Source: a virus (Duplodnaviria > Caudoviricetes). From it: 60,051 nucleotides of DNA. Under the pieces are notes generated by a model. The model saw nothing but the letters and a program-made list of their open reading frames with translations, had not been told where the DNA came from and did not search any database. Positions within the stretch are counted from its first letter, which is position 1; every line of letters begins with the position of its first letter. The position numbers and the translations under genes are program-made. This document shows positions 1 to 10,406 of the stretch, one piece after another. The stretch is taken from the IMG/VR virus record IMGVR_UViG_3300046812_000237, positions 1 through 60,051 of that record. One strand, 5' to 3'.

Positions 1-127
1 GGGCCTCGCCGCAGCCCGTGGAGACTCCGCTGGCGCGCTCGCCTCGATCATGGCCGCAGAAACCGAGCGACGGGACCAGCTTGTCGAGTTTATGGGAGCG
101 CTCGAAGAACGCGCCGGCCGAATCCGC
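1..127. repeat. 127-bp exact terminal direct repeat (copy at 59925-60051); circular assembly overlap
   Basis: 1-127 is identical to 59925-60051, and an ORF reads through the junction. Confidence 0.95.
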
Positions 128-589
128 AAGACCGTCGCCAAGGCCGAGAAACTGGCGCGCCACTATGAATCCTTCTGCCGTGGCATCGAATCGTCGATGC
201 TTCTGTATATGACAGAGAGGGGCGTGGCCGAGGTCAACGGCAAGATGCACCGCTTCAAGGTCTACAAGAACCCCGACGCGCTGCAGATCGACGAAACGAA
301 GATCCCGATGGAGTACCGGAAGTTTCCGCTCGAACACCGCATGGCCGAGGTACTGCGCGCCGCTCGTGCCGCCATCCTGACGATGCTCAAGAGCACCGCC
401 AGCGAATTTCAGAACAGGCCCGAGGCTTATCCGCTCATTCCGCTGATCGACGGAATCCTCGCGCAGGTGCCGGCCGATGCCGCGCTTGGTAGCGTGGATA
501 AGGAGAAAGTAGAGACGGCCCTGAAAGCCAAAATCCAAGTTCCGGGTGCCACAATTCTGACCGATAGGCGCAGGCTGGACATCAAGTAA
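1..589 (+). CDS. Siphovirus Gp157-like protein, 3' part (gene starts at GTG 59794 across the junction, about 239 aa)
   Basis: N-terminal coiled coil, KNPDALQIDETKIPMEY and C-terminal VDKEKVETALKAKIQVPGATI..RRRLDIK resemble Gp157. Confidence 0.7.
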   Translation, partial: GLAAARGDSAGALASIMAAETERRDQLVEFMGALEERAGRIRKTVAKAEKLARHYESFCRGIESSMLLYMTERGVAEVNGKMHRFKVYKNPDALQIDETKIPMEYRKFPLEHRMAEVLRAARAAILTMLKSTASEFQNRPEAYPLIPLIDGILAQVPADAALGSVDKEKVETALKAKIQVPGATILTDRRRLDIK

Positions 590-971
590 TGGACTTCCCG
601 CTGTTCTTCCTCGAAGACGATGAGGTCGCGGGATTGCTTTTGAAGTTTGTCCCGACACTCGTATTCACGCCCGAGTGGGTGGAGAATTTCACTCAAGCGC
701 TCAACAACTGTGTCGCGGGCCAGCCGGAGAGGAACGGGAATGAGGGGCCGCAAATTCGCGCTCGGAATACGCATGGTTAGCAAGTCAATGGAGCAAGCGC
801 AACACCGGGCCCTGTCCGAGATCAAACTGCCCCAACGCTGGCCGACACGCGAGGAAATACAAATGACCCTCGAATACGCCGCCAGAGTGCAAGCAAAGAT
901 GGATCGGATCCAGTACCAGGCCGAGCGCCACTTTATCGTAATGAACGCCGACGCCTTCTGAGGAGAACACC

Positions 972-1205
972 ATGGACAAGCCGAAAAGGATTTACACCAT
1001 AGACGTAGCCTATACCTGCACCGTCGAAGCCACCGAGGAAGACGGGGCGATCCGGAGCGCGAGTTATTACATCCCGTCATCCGGCGACACAATCCGCGCT
1101 GTCTCGCACCTGGGGATGCGCGTAACGGGATGGCGTGACGCGCCCGTCGAAGTTCCGCCACCGAACGAAGCCGAAGTTCTGCCGCCACCGGAGCCGTTCC
1201 TGTGA
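972..1205 (+). CDS. hypothetical protein
   Basis: AGGAG RBS before ATG; GTGA overlap with next gene. Confidence 0.6.
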   Translation: MDKPKRIYTIDVAYTCTVEATEEDGAIRSASYYIPSSGDTIRAVSHLGMRVTGWRDAPVEVPPPNEAEVLPPPEPFL

Positions 1206-2581
1206 CCAAGAAGAAAGCAGACCAGCAAATCGTCGAAACCATTACCAAGGCCGAGACCGCCCCGAGCCTTCCCGCTGTCCCGCTCGAAGTCGCCGCAATT
1301 CAGAGCACCATTGAGAAACTCGAAACGGTCAAGCGTTTCATTCAGAAGAACCTCAACCCCGGACGCCGCCGCCTGCTCAAGAAAATCGGCAAGCGCCCGC
1401 CGACGCCGGCCGAGACCGCACAACTGCGGGAGCTCGAAATCGACTTCGGCACTGTCCCGGGCATCAACCGCAACTTTCTAAAACAGCCTGGCGCGGAGAA
1501 AATCGCTCAGTGGTTGCACGTGCGCCCGCGCTATGAATCCGAGACGACGCCTATCCCGGACCATCCCGGGCATATCGAGGTCGCTGGCCGTTGCAAGATC
1601 ATGGCGATTACCCCCGCCGGCGAGTTTGAACTGTTCTCCGGGCCTCTGGCGTCCTGCTCCACCATGGAATCGAACTACCGTTACCGTTGGGTGGACATGG
1701 ACCCGCAGCCGACGTTCGACTGGTCGATGAAGGAGGGCAAGACCGCCAAGGGCCTCGGCACACACCGCAGCTTCAAGGACAAGAAGACCGACAAATGGGT
1801 GTGGCAGACACGCCACGAAAATCCGAACATTTACGACGAGCGCAACAAGGTCCGGCAAATCGGCGAGAAGCGCATGCTCGTGAAAGCCATGCGGAACTGG
1901 GGCGCGCTGTCCGAGGTATTCACCGAAGACCCGAGCGAGTGGATTCTGGACGACGACTCGAACGTCACGCCGGAGGCACCGATCGAGCCCGGGAAGGTCA
2001 AGCGCGAGGAACCGACGCCGACATCAGATACCGCAGAGTCAGATACTCGGCAGGTATATACACTCGAGGTCCGCTGGCCGAGCGACACCTCCGAGGTCGC
2101 CTTTGTCCATATCCCGGAGTGTCCCGCCGGCATCGAAGTGGGCGTCAAGATTGCCGAGTTTGGGACCTTCCGCAAGGAGAGCGCCGACTGGCAGATTCCC
2201 GGCGGAGACGTCGCCACCATCACAGAGTTTGCGCTCAGTCTGGGCATGGAGGTCAACGAGGTCGAGATCGACAAGAAGCCCGCGCCGCCCGCAGCCAAGT
2301 CCGCCGGCAGCAACGTCGCGCCGCCGAGCAAGGGCAAGGTCACACAGGTATCCCGTCACCCGGGCCGGCAGAAGAACACGTTCTATTATCTGCTGGTGAT
2401 CGACGGGCGGAGCCTGTACTGCTATAAGACCGATTGGTTCGAGCACCTCGCCAAGGCCAAGGACCAGGTCTGCGAGTTCGAGTTGCAGGACGGCGCCTAT
2501 CCAAAAATAGTGGGCATCAAGCAAATCGGTGCCACGCACTTTGACGAAGGATTGCCGGTAATCCAGAACAAAGACCGATGA
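1202..2581 (+). CDS. putative ssDNA-annealing/recombination protein
   Basis: LKQPGAEKI, CSTMESNYRYRW and KRMLVKA..SEVFTED resemble a recurrent phage family; located next to Gp157; function inferred from context. Confidence 0.45.
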   Translation: MTKKKADQQIVETITKAETAPSLPAVPLEVAAIQSTIEKLETVKRFIQKNLNPGRRRLLKKIGKRPPTPAETAQLRELEIDFGTVPGINRNFLKQPGAEKIAQWLHVRPRYESETTPIPDHPGHIEVAGRCKIMAITPAGEFELFSGPLASCSTMESNYRYRWVDMDPQPTFDWSMKEGKTAKGLGTHRSFKDKKTDKWVWQTRHENPNIYDERNKVRQIGEKRMLVKAMRNWGALSEVFTEDPSEWILDDDSNVTPEAPIEPGKVKREEPTPTSDTAESDTRQVYTLEVRWPSDTSEVAFVHIPECPAGIEVGVKIAEFGTFRKESADWQIPGGDVATITEFALSLGMEVNEVEIDKKPAPPAAKSAGSNVAPPSKGKVTQVSRHPGRQKNTFYYLLVIDGRSLYCYKTDWFEHLAKAKDQVCEFELQDGAYPKIVGIKQIGATHFDEGLPVIQNKDR

Positions 2582-2829
2582 AAAAGCCACCCGCGCCGCC
2601 GAGAAGGAGTGACATCAAGCCCGGCGGTCTCACCATGCCCGCCAAGGTACTCGACCTGATCCATGAGCGCGGTATCGTCGCCGTGTTTATCCCGGCGCCC
2701 GAGGGCATCCGTTTTTTCGTGGTGCAAAACCTGAGCGAGGACGAGGCCGAGGAGTTCGCCACCATCCTCGAGGACTGCGCCAAGACCGTCCGCGGCATGT
2801 ATCGACCGACACCCGGGAGAGTCCAATGA
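2578..2829 (+). CDS. hypothetical protein
   Basis: ATGA-coupled ORF in operon. Confidence 0.55.
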   Translation: MKKPPAPPRRSDIKPGGLTMPAKVLDLIHERGIVAVFIPAPEGIRFFVVQNLSEDEAEEFATILEDCAKTVRGMYRPTPGRVQ

Positions 2830-3104
2830 AGAAGCAGAAGAAGACACCATCGGATCGCACACTGCTCCGTCGCGCGGAAGCGTCACTTGAGCAAGCACTT
2901 GGGCGGATGGGCCTGCTGGACAAAGAACTCACCAAAATGAAGCTGGACCGCGACCATTGGAAGCGCATTGCGGAGATTCACTTGCAAGAACGCGCCCGCT
3001 TGGATGCCTTGCTGAACATCGTCAAGGCCATGGCTTCGGGGGATTGTTCGACTGCGATTCGCACCCTGTTAACGCCGGTGACTGGTGGAACGCACAATGC
3101 GTGA
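2826..3104 (+). CDS. hypothetical coiled-coil protein
   Basis: ATGA-coupled ORF with GGAG RBS. Confidence 0.55.
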   Translation: MKKQKKTPSDRTLLRRAEASLEQALGRMGLLDKELTKMKLDRDHWKRIAEIHLQERARLDALLNIVKAMASGDCSTAIRTLLTPVTGGTHNA

Positions 3105-3564
3105 GCCAGTCAACGACCTTGAAGACCTAGGGCAGACCATGAAACTGGAATGGAAGAAAGTCGTGACCACCGTAACGTCGCTCTGCTCCGAGAATATCGT
3201 GCCGGCCGCCATGTCCCTGTCGCATATCTCCGGCGTGGGGCGCGCCTCGATCGAGCGCAAGCTCCGCGCCGTGCAGTGGGCCATCGGCGAGGGCATGGCG
3301 CCGCCCGTGATTATGGAACTCGGCCAGGAGGCCATTGTCTCGGCCTACAACAAAGCGACCAAGCAGGAGCAGGCCGAGCAACAGGTGTGGGTCCGCTGGA
3401 AGGTCTCGGGCACCCTGCGCGACCAGGTCGAGACCGAACGCGAGCGGATTATGAAATTGCTCAAGTTCACCAACTCCGAGCAGTTTGTGTCGTGGTTGCA
3501 TGCCGTTCTGGTCAATGCCAGCGACGAGGAAGTCCTCCATTCCGCCGGCGAACAACCGCAATGA
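3097..3564 (+). CDS. hypothetical protein
   Basis: Overlaps upstream stop; 155 aa ORF in operon. Confidence 0.6.
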   Translation: MREPVNDLEDLGQTMKLEWKKVVTTVTSLCSENIVPAAMSLSHISGVGRASIERKLRAVQWAIGEGMAPPVIMELGQEAIVSAYNKATKQEQAEQQVWVRWKVSGTLRDQVETERERIMKLLKFTNSEQFVSWLHAVLVNASDEEVLHSAGEQPQ

Positions 3565-3809
3565 CAGACCTGATGTTCCCGAAGCACAAGCCGATCCGGC
3601 TCGACTCCCGCGGCATGGCCAAGCTACGCACTCAGGCAGTCATCCGCGACGGCGGGCGGTGCGTCCAGTGTGGCTCGCGCTACTGGCTCGAGCTGTCGCA
3701 CGACGTTCCCCGCGGCCGCGGAGGATCCGACACGATCGACAACGTGCACATGCGCTGTAAGAAGTGCCACATCAAGCGCGACCTGCACGGCCAGCCTGGC
3801 CACTTTTAG
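3561..3809 (+). CDS. HNH endonuclease
   Basis: RDGGRCVQCG..LELSHDVPRGRGGSDTIDNVHMRCKKCH. Confidence 0.85.
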   Translation: MTDLMFPKHKPIRLDSRGMAKLRTQAVIRDGGRCVQCGSRYWLELSHDVPRGRGGSDTIDNVHMRCKKCHIKRDLHGQPGHF

Positions 3810-3849
3810 GATTTTCCACCGCCTATAGGTTTTCCTCAGAGGTGCTTGC

Positions 3850-3878
3850 TTGACAGGTTACAACGCGAGGTGTAACTT
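3850..3878 (+). promoter_or_regulatory. sigma70-type promoter of the replication initiator
   Basis: TTGACA-N17-TAACTT, 8 nt before ATG 3887. Confidence 0.7.
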
Positions 3879-3886
3879 CCCGCGCC

Positions 3887-4651
3887 ATGAATCCACGCTT
3901 CGGGCGGCGCACATGGGTCAAACTTTGGGTCAATGAATGGCTCGAGGGGACGACGCGCTGCGAAATGAGCGACGCACAGCGCGCCTTTTTCATCGACCTG
4001 CTCGCCATGGCCGGAAGGTCGCGCTTCCCGGGAATAGTCTGCGCCGGACAGATCAATGGCAAGTTCGTCGGCTACCCGATTACCAAATTCCAATCTTTGA
4101 TGACGACTCCGATCAACGTGCAGGAAACATTAGAGTTATTCGAGAGGAATGAAAAGGTCAAACTCACCTACACCCAAACCGAACCCTTCGCTCTCGTTAT
4201 GGTCGAACTGCTGAAGTGGGAGCAATATCAGTCCGAGTACCAGCGCCAGAAACCGTATAGGTTACAAGCTAAGTTACAAGAAAGTGACAAGGTAAGTTAC
4301 GTCGAAGGTAACAAGACAGATACAGAGACAGATACAGATACAGAAGTAGAAAAACCCTCGCTCACTTCGTTCGCTGCGTTTTGGGAGTTGTATCCAGTAG
4401 CGCGCAATAAGAAAGCAGCCGAGCGCACCTGGAACCGAATGAGCGAAACGCAGAAAGAAAAAGCGCTCGAGGCCCTGCCGAAGTTCAAGGCCAGCCTGCA
4501 GTGGCGCAAAGAGCGCGGACGCTATGTGCCCTACGCGCAGAGGTTCCTCGGGCAGGAACTCTACCTCGAGGCCCCGGACGCCGGCCGCGCGGCATCCTCC
4601 GGAAGGAGTTTCGATGAGCGCTCCCGATCTGCTGAAGAAAAGACTCGCTGA
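3887..4651 (+). CDS. phage replication initiator (replisome organizer type)
   Basis: N-terminal WVKLW..FIDLLAMAG region, TDTETDTD linker, C-terminal FAAFWELYP..KKAAERTW..YVPYAQRFL domain. Confidence 0.75.
   Translation: MNPRFGRRTWVKLWVNEWLEGTTRCEMSDAQRAFFIDLLAMAGRSRFPGIVCAGQINGKFVGYPITKFQSLMTTPINVQETLELFERNEKVKLTYTQTEPFALVMVELLKWEQYQSEYQRQKPYRLQAKLQESDKVSYVEGNKTDTETDTDTEVEKPSLTSFAAFWELYPVARNKKAAERTWNRMSETQKEKALEALPKFKASLQWRKERGRYVPYAQRFLGQELYLEAPDAGRAASSGRSFDERSRSAEEKTR
4261..4315 (+). repeat. iteron-like repeats (GTTACAAG), putative origin of replication
   Basis: GTTACAAG 4261 and 4273, GTGACAAG 4284, GTTAC 4296, GTAACAAG 4308; 11-12 bp spacing; followed by an A-rich tract. Confidence 0.6.
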
Positions 4652-5222
4652 ATGGGAAGTGACCTATGAGCACGAACTCGAAGACGCGGAACTGTCCGTC
4701 TGGTACGACACTTTCAGGGACCTGCGAATCTCGGACGTGCTGCTCGAGAACGCCCTCCGCATTGTGCAGAGCAAAGCCGTGAGAATGCCCAAACCCGGAC
4801 ACCTGACTATAGCGATCGAGGAGGCCCGGGCCGAGCGCGACAAGGGCTCGCGCAGTTCCGTGCTCGAAGACCTCGCAAACACTCCGCACGTAAGCGACCT
4901 GCCGGCGTCCGAGCGCGTCGAGATGAAGCAGATGTTCGACCGCGCCGTCGCCGAGATCATCCGCGACCAGATTCCCAAGTATCCGCACGCCCGGACCTGG
5001 AAAGACCAGAAGGCCGAGACCGCAAGGCAGAAACAGGCCCTCGCAGCCGTTTTAAGCGACGCAAATAGGGCCAAGGCCCCAGAAGACCCCGGGACGCCAC
5101 TGGATGCAGCAGCGCCAGAGGAAACGCCAGCGCCGCCACCTGTAGGGCCGGATGAGATTGCTCCGGAGGACCTAGCCGAAGAAGTGCCGTACAAACCGAC
5201 CGATGAGGACGTGCCATTGTGA
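4614..5222 (+). CDS. putative helicase loader/inhibitor
   Basis: Directly follows the initiator; VWYDTF..ENAL..RMPKPGHL pattern; function from position. Confidence 0.45.
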   Translation: MSAPDLLKKRLAEWEVTYEHELEDAELSVWYDTFRDLRISDVLLENALRIVQSKAVRMPKPGHLTIAIEEARAERDKGSRSSVLEDLANTPHVSDLPASERVEMKQMFDRAVAEIIRDQIPKYPHARTWKDQKAETARQKQALAAVLSDANRAKAPEDPGTPLDAAAPEETPAPPPVGPDEIAPEDLAEEVPYKPTDEDVPL

Positions 5223-5524
5223 AGCACACTCAGGCAGACCTAGAGCGATGGCACGACAGGTGGGAGCAGTGGCACGAGGACAATAAGGCCTACGTCAGGG
5301 AACTTGAGGGACAAATCAGGAGGGCGGGCATGCACGCGGAATACAGTGTCAAGACGTTCAAAAGCGCCGATGAGTTTCAAGAGTATCTCAGCAGCCTTGC
5401 CGAGGGCTGGCAGTTACACAGCTTCGCCCCGGGCGTGGTGCAGTGGGCGGTGGCGGTGTTCGTGAAACATAATATTCCGAAGTTCGAGCACATCGACATG
5501 CTGCCTTACACGGGGAGGTCATGA
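5219..5524 (+). CDS. hypothetical protein
   Basis: Coupled ORF in operon. Confidence 0.55.
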   Translation: MKHTQADLERWHDRWEQWHEDNKAYVRELEGQIRRAGMHAEYSVKTFKSADEFQEYLSSLAEGWQLHSFAPGVVQWAVAVFVKHNIPKFEHIDMLPYTGRS

Positions 5525-6318
5525 GCAACGAATCGGAGGAATTTTGGTCAGCCCATCCGTGCAACGCGCGCCGCGGGAGACTCGCCGCTGGCGATGAGGT
5601 CTATTTCGAACAGATTCGCCGGAACAAGGCCATCGCCGAGCCGCACCTGCTGCCGTTCATGGAAACGAGCCGATGGCGCGAGAAGGAGGTGCTCGACGTC
5701 GGCTGCGGTCTCGGGACGCAAGCGGTCTGGTTCGCCGAGAATGGCGCGTGGGTGACGGCCTGTGACTTCTCGCACGACTCACTCGCGCTGGCGGAGCGGC
5801 ACGCCGCGACGCAGTCGGACCTTGTCCGCGATCACATCCTGCTCAAGCCCCTCGACTTCGACCGCGGCATCTACCCGCGACACCATTACGACCTGATTTG
5901 GGCGTGGGGGACGTTGCACCATATGCTCACGCCGGCGCGCAACCTGCGGGCCCTGCGGGCTCACTGTGCCGGCCCGAACACGGTGCTGAAAGTCATGGTC
6001 TACCACCGAAAGTCTCTGAAGGTCTGGAGGCTTATGGCCAGACACGGCCGCGACTGGCGGAAGTGGACCGAGGCCAACGGGCCCGTGCCTATCTCGGATG
6101 CTTACACCGTCAAGGAAGCTCGCGCTGCGGTCGAACTGGCCGGTTGGCGCGTCGATAGCGTGCGAGTTACGCATATTTTCCCGTGGGCATTAAAGCCTTA
6201 CAAGCAGGGGCGGTACGAAAAGGCGTTTCCGTGGAACGTTATGCCTGAAAAGTGGAACAAATACCTGGAATCCCGGTACGGTTTTCACATTTTGATCGAA
6301 GCGAGGCCAGCCTTATGA
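5521..6318 (+). CDS. class I SAM-dependent methyltransferase (polysaccharide-cluster type)
   Basis: VLDVGCGLG motif I, YDLIWAWGTLHH. Confidence 0.85.
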   Translation: MSNESEEFWSAHPCNARRGRLAAGDEVYFEQIRRNKAIAEPHLLPFMETSRWREKEVLDVGCGLGTQAVWFAENGAWVTACDFSHDSLALAERHAATQSDLVRDHILLKPLDFDRGIYPRHHYDLIWAWGTLHHMLTPARNLRALRAHCAGPNTVLKVMVYHRKSLKVWRLMARHGRDWRKWTEANGPVPISDAYTVKEARAAVELAGWRVDSVRVTHIFPWALKPYKQGRYEKAFPWNVMPEKWNKYLESRYGFHILIEARPAL

Positions 6319-7544
6319 AAATAGCGGTAATCGGGCTCGGGAAGTTGGGTCTCCCCATCGCCTGCGCCCTAGCAGAGAAGTGCGAGGTAATCGGCGTCGA
6401 CCGGGACCCGCGCGTGCTCGAGGCCGTTGACACAGGTGCCGCGAACGGCGAGCCCGGCGTGAACGTCGTCAGCGTGGACCGGATCAAGAAAGTCACCTCC
6501 GACGCCGCGGCTGCGGTTGCGGCCAGCGACTTTTCGCTCGTGATCGTGCCCACACCCTCCGACCGCAACGGACGGTTCAGCAACGAGTACGTGCTCGCCG
6601 CCTGCCGGGAGATTGGCAAGGGACTGGTAAGCAATCCGCACCACACCGTCGTGATCGTTTCGACGGTCATGCCAGGGTCTATAGACTCCGAGATTCTCCG
6701 CACTCTCGAGTATGCCTCTGGACTTCGCGCCGGCGAGGACTTTGGACTCGTCTACAGCCCGCAGTTCGTCGCGCTTGGCTCGGTGATTCACGACTTCACG
6801 CACCCGGACCTAATCCTGATCGGCAAGTATGGCCACACCAAGGCCGAGGGCGTCATCGCCATGTACGATCGCATCCTCCGCTCGCTCCCGCAGATTGCCG
6901 TCACGACTCCCATCAACGCGGAACTGGCCAAGCTATCGCTCAACTGCGCGGTGGCCTCGAAGATTCACTTCTCGAACCAACTGGCGCGCGTCGTCGAACT
7001 CATCCCAGGCGCCGACGTCGACGTGATTACCGACATCATCGGGACCGACCGCCGGATCGGCAAGGCCTACCTCCGCGCCGGCATCATGTACGGTGGTCCC
7101 TGCTTCCCCCGGGACGTGGAGGCGCTCGCCACATTGCCCGGCGCGACCTGGTTCTGCCGACTGGCCGAACACAACGACGATTCGCTCGCGGCGCTGTTCC
7201 GGACGGTCCGGGCAACGGTCGGAGTTATCGGCATCCTCGGCACTAGCTACAAGGTCGGAAGCAATGTGACCGAGCGCGCGGTTGGGACTATTCTCTGCGA
7301 TTACCTCCGCGACGCCTGCCAGCGCGAGGTGCACACAGACTACATGCAGACCGCCGAGGAGGTCATCGCCCTGTCGGACACCGTCATCGTCACTCTTGAC
7401 GACATGGACTACCGGAGGGTCCCGCGCGAAGTCTGGACGAGCAAGCCGCGGGTGGTCATCGACTGCTGGCGTTCGCTGCAGCACCTCGACCGCTGCCACG
7501 AGCACCTGACCTACATTCCGATAGGGATTGGACCGCGCCCATGA
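6315..7544 (+). CDS. UDP-glucose/GDP-mannose dehydrogenase family protein
   Basis: GLGKLGLP Rossmann motif, IVPTPS, STVMPG, AELAKL, catalytic [16 protein letters not shown]. Confidence 0.93.
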   Translation: MKIAVIGLGKLGLPIACALAEKCEVIGVDRDPRVLEAVDTGAANGEPGVNVVSVDRIKKVTSDAAAAVAASDFSLVIVPTPSDRNGRFSNEYVLAACREIGKGLVSNPHHTVVIVSTVMPGSIDSEILRTLEYASGLRAGEDFGLVYSPQFVALGSVIHDFTHPDLILIGKYGHTKAEGVIAMYDRILRSLPQIAVTTPINAELAKLSLNCAVASKIHFSNQLARVVELIPGADVDVITDIIGTDRRIGKAYLRAGIMYGGPCFPRDVEALATLPGATWFCRLAEHNDDSLAALFRTVRATVGVIGILGTSYKVGSNVTERAVGTILCDYLRDACQREVHTDYMQTAEEVIALSDTVIVTLDDMDYRRVPREVWTSKPRVVIDCWRSLQHLDRCHEHLTYIPIGIGPRP

Positions 7545-7981
7545 GCGGACGGCCTCAGACTCCAATCTTCTCGCGACTGTCCCTTGACGTTTCTACGGGC
7601 TGCTGGAACTGGACCGGAAGCAAGGATAGTTGCGGTTACGGCACGGTCTGGGACCCGTTCACCCGAAAGTGCTGGCGCGCGCATCGCCTCGTCGCGCGAC
7701 TATTCTTGGGGTTCGACGCAGCTACGGTTCTGAAGGTTCTTCATCACTGCGATAACCCTTCCTGCTGCAATCCAAAGCATCTATTCATGGGCACGCAGGC
7801 GGACAATGTTGCCGATGCCGCGCGGAAACACCGGATGCGTAATCACAATTCTGGAAAGCGCACTTGCAAGCACGGACACTGGCTGACTGGTGAGAATGTT
7901 TACCACTGGCGGGGTCAGAGATTTTGCCGCACGTGCCGAGCCAGCTACCTGAAAACCTATATCCGCTTGGAGGACAGATGA
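7541..7981 (+). CDS. HNH homing endonuclease
   Basis: [37 protein letters not shown] plus C-terminal CKHGH..CRTC. Confidence 0.9.
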   Translation: MSGRPQTPIFSRLSLDVSTGCWNWTGSKDSCGYGTVWDPFTRKCWRAHRLVARLFLGFDAATVLKVLHHCDNPSCCNPKHLFMGTQADNVADAARKHRMRNHNSGKRTCKHGHWLTGENVYHWRGQRFCRTCRASYLKTYIRLEDR

Positions 7982-9159
7982 AAGTCCCTCTGTTGCTGTT
8001 GAGCGATTCGCCGGATTGTCCCTCCGGCCTGGCGCGCATCGGCCGCGACCTCGCGACGCGCCTGCACGAGGAACTGGGCGACCGCGTGGAGGTTGGTTAC
8101 CTCGGCCGCGGTGGCGTGGGCGGCAAGTTTCCCTTTCCCACATGGGTCGTACCTCACAATCTCTACGGGCTGAAGGACACCGCCGAGTGGGGCTCGACCA
8201 TCATTCACCAGGTCTGGCACGACTTCGCAGGCGAGCGGCAGGGCGTGGTGTTTTCCATTTGGGACCCGGGCCGGATGATATGGCTCTCGCGCCCGGAGTA
8301 CCTCAACGACTCCGCGGCCAAGGACTTTCTGCTAACTCCGCCGTTTGAGAAGTGGGGGTACTTCCCCATTGATGGCGAGACCGACTCCGGAGGCCTCGGG
8401 CTCATGGCGGCGCACGCCCTCAAGGGCTACGACCGCGTGCTGGCCTACACGCCCTATGGGTCGAAGGTCCTCTCGCACGTGCTCGAGCGCCAGGCCGGCG
8501 ACGAGGTCCCGTGGATCCCGCACATGCTCGAGGACGTCTGGTATCCGCGGCACCGCGACAAGGCCCGCGAGTATTTTTCCTACGCAAGGCACCACGTCGT
8601 CGTCGGCGTCGTCGCGACCAACCAGCGCCGGAAGGACTGGGGCCTGGCCGCACAGATCGGCAAGCAGCTCAAGGACGTCTACGGTGACCGCTTCCGCCAG
8701 TGGTGGCACATCGACCAGCCGGTCAAGGACTGGAACGTCATGGAGCTCTGCTCGGAGTACGGCCTCGAGGAGTGCACCATGGTGACCATGCCTCCGCAGT
8801 CCGACGACTGGCTGGCGACGGCCTATTCCTGCTGTGACGTCACGCTCGCGATCGGCTCGGAAGGTTTCGGGTATCCCATCGTCGAATCGCAGGCCTGCGG
8901 CGTGCCGGTGATTCACGGCAACTACGCCGGCGGAGCGGCGTTTGTCCCGACTGCCAATCTTATCGAACCGGTGGCCTACGTGATCGAGGGCCTGTCACCC
9001 ATCCGGCGCCCGGTGTTTGACGCCGACGCCTGGGTAGAGAAAATCCGCGGTCACGTCTACCCGGGCGGTCCGCAGCCCGGCAACATGACTCCGTTACATT
9101 GGCGCACGGTGTGGCCGAAGTGGCGTTCATGGTTCCTAGAAGGATTGGAGAGACTCTAA
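7978..9159 (+). CDS. glycosyltransferase, GT-B fold (GT4-like)
   Basis: SDSP..SGLAR N-terminus, [28 protein letters not shown] (EX7E motif). Confidence 0.88.
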   Translation: MKVPLLLLSDSPDCPSGLARIGRDLATRLHEELGDRVEVGYLGRGGVGGKFPFPTWVVPHNLYGLKDTAEWGSTIIHQVWHDFAGERQGVVFSIWDPGRMIWLSRPEYLNDSAAKDFLLTPPFEKWGYFPIDGETDSGGLGLMAAHALKGYDRVLAYTPYGSKVLSHVLERQAGDEVPWIPHMLEDVWYPRHRDKAREYFSYARHHVVVGVVATNQRRKDWGLAAQIGKQLKDVYGDRFRQWWHIDQPVKDWNVMELCSEYGLEECTMVTMPPQSDDWLATAYSCCDVTLAIGSEGFGYPIVESQACGVPVIHGNYAGGAAFVPTANLIEPVAYVIEGLSPIRRPVFDADAWVEKIRGHVYPGGPQPGNMTPLHWRTVWPKWRSWFLEGLERL

Positions 9160-9160
9160 A

Positions 9161-9838
9161 ATGTTTTCTATCTGCATCAGTTACGTGGGAGGCCCGGACT
9201 ACCTCCGGCGCGCGGTCGATTCGCTCGGGGACTACAAGGACCGCGTCTGGGTCGCCGACTCGTCCGAGAGCAATCCTCCGTTGAACCCTCTGGACTTCGG
9301 CCTCGGCTTAGACCAGATCGTGCAACCGATCATTCCGCAGTCCCACACACAGAGCCATAACTGGTTTCGGGCCCGCGCGATCATGGCCGGCAAGCCTTTC
9401 TACATGGTCATGCACAATGACGCCGAGGCCAGCGAGGACATCATCGAGCAACTGACGGACATCGCCGCGGCAAAGGCCGGGGACAAGTGGGGGGTGCTGT
9501 TCACGAATTACGATTCACTGGCCGTATACAACACGCGCGCCGCGGCCGAGGTGGGCCCGTGGGACTGGAAGTTGTTTCCCTCTTACTACTCCGACAACGA
9601 CTACTATCGGCGATTGAAGCTGGCGGGCTGGAACCTGGTCGATACCTGCCTGCCGGTGAAGCACGAGGGCAGTCACGTCATCAACAAAATCGACAAGCAG
9701 GCCAAGTACCTGAACCACATGTTACTGTCGAACTTCGCGCGGGAGGCCTACATTCGCAAGTGGGGCGGACCGCCAGAGTCCGAGACGTACCTCAAGCCGT
9801 TCAACGGGGAATTGGAGAACCCCTACCCCGATGAGTGA
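9161..9838 (+). CDS. glycosyltransferase, GT-A fold (GT2-like)
   Basis: MHNDA, VGPWD..FPSYYSDNDYYRRLKLAG..HEGS..YIRKWGG. Confidence 0.82.
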   Translation: MFSICISYVGGPDYLRRAVDSLGDYKDRVWVADSSESNPPLNPLDFGLGLDQIVQPIIPQSHTQSHNWFRARAIMAGKPFYMVMHNDAEASEDIIEQLTDIAAAKAGDKWGVLFTNYDSLAVYNTRAAAEVGPWDWKLFPSYYSDNDYYRRLKLAGWNLVDTCLPVKHEGSHVINKIDKQAKYLNHMLLSNFAREAYIRKWGGPPESETYLKPFNGELENPYPDE

Positions 9839-10208
9839 TCCAGTGCGAGACCTCATTGTCTGCCGGGAACTAACCAGAGTCATATGGGATGCCGTAAGAA
9901 CCGACCTCGATGCTGAGTGGCAATATAGTCGCCTATCGGATTTCATTCGTGACACTCATGAGCACGTCGATCCAGAGACCGGCGAGGTTACGCCACCAAA
10001 CTTCAAATATTTCGCGGCGCTACTTGCTGTGCGAGCCGATGGCGTCCACTTCTATGTGACGGTAATCGTGCCCGAGGACTACGATGCCCTCGAAAGGGGA
10101 GCGCAGGCTTCGCTCATAAAATCAGTCGCGATGAACGCGGCCCTGACTTTCAACGAGTTCCGGCTCTGTTCCTGCCAGGTGGATGCCCCTTGCGAGAAAC
10201 ACAAATGA
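9831..10208 (+). CDS. hypothetical protein
   Basis: Overlapping start in operon. Confidence 0.5.
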   Translation: MSDPVRDLIVCRELTRVIWDAVRTDLDAEWQYSRLSDFIRDTHEHVDPETGEVTPPNFKYFAALLAVRADGVHFYVTVIVPEDYDALERGAQASLIKSVAMNAALTFNEFRLCSCQVDAPCEKHK

Positions 10209-10406
10209 GGTGTCTCGCAGCCGTAGGGTTGCGTACAGTGGCAATCAAGCATGGTGCAGCCGTCCTCGTCATGAAAACCGAGGACGTGCCGGCACCGCGG
10301 ATTGTTGCAGGCGTTCATATTTGCAGTCTTGGTAACGATTCACTCCATTACCATACGGTAATTCCGGTATCATCCGCAAGATGGCACCAAGCCAAAGGGG
10401 GCTTAC

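Noticed and set aside
4316-4345. ACAGAT/ACAGAG tandem repeat as a CRISPR or VNTR
   Set aside because: It encodes the TDTETDTD linker common in phage initiators and has no spacers.
10079-10318. Antisense Cys/His-rich ORF
   Set aside because: Plausible metal-binding pattern, but no RBS and a 130-bp overlap with 9831-10208; support is insufficient.
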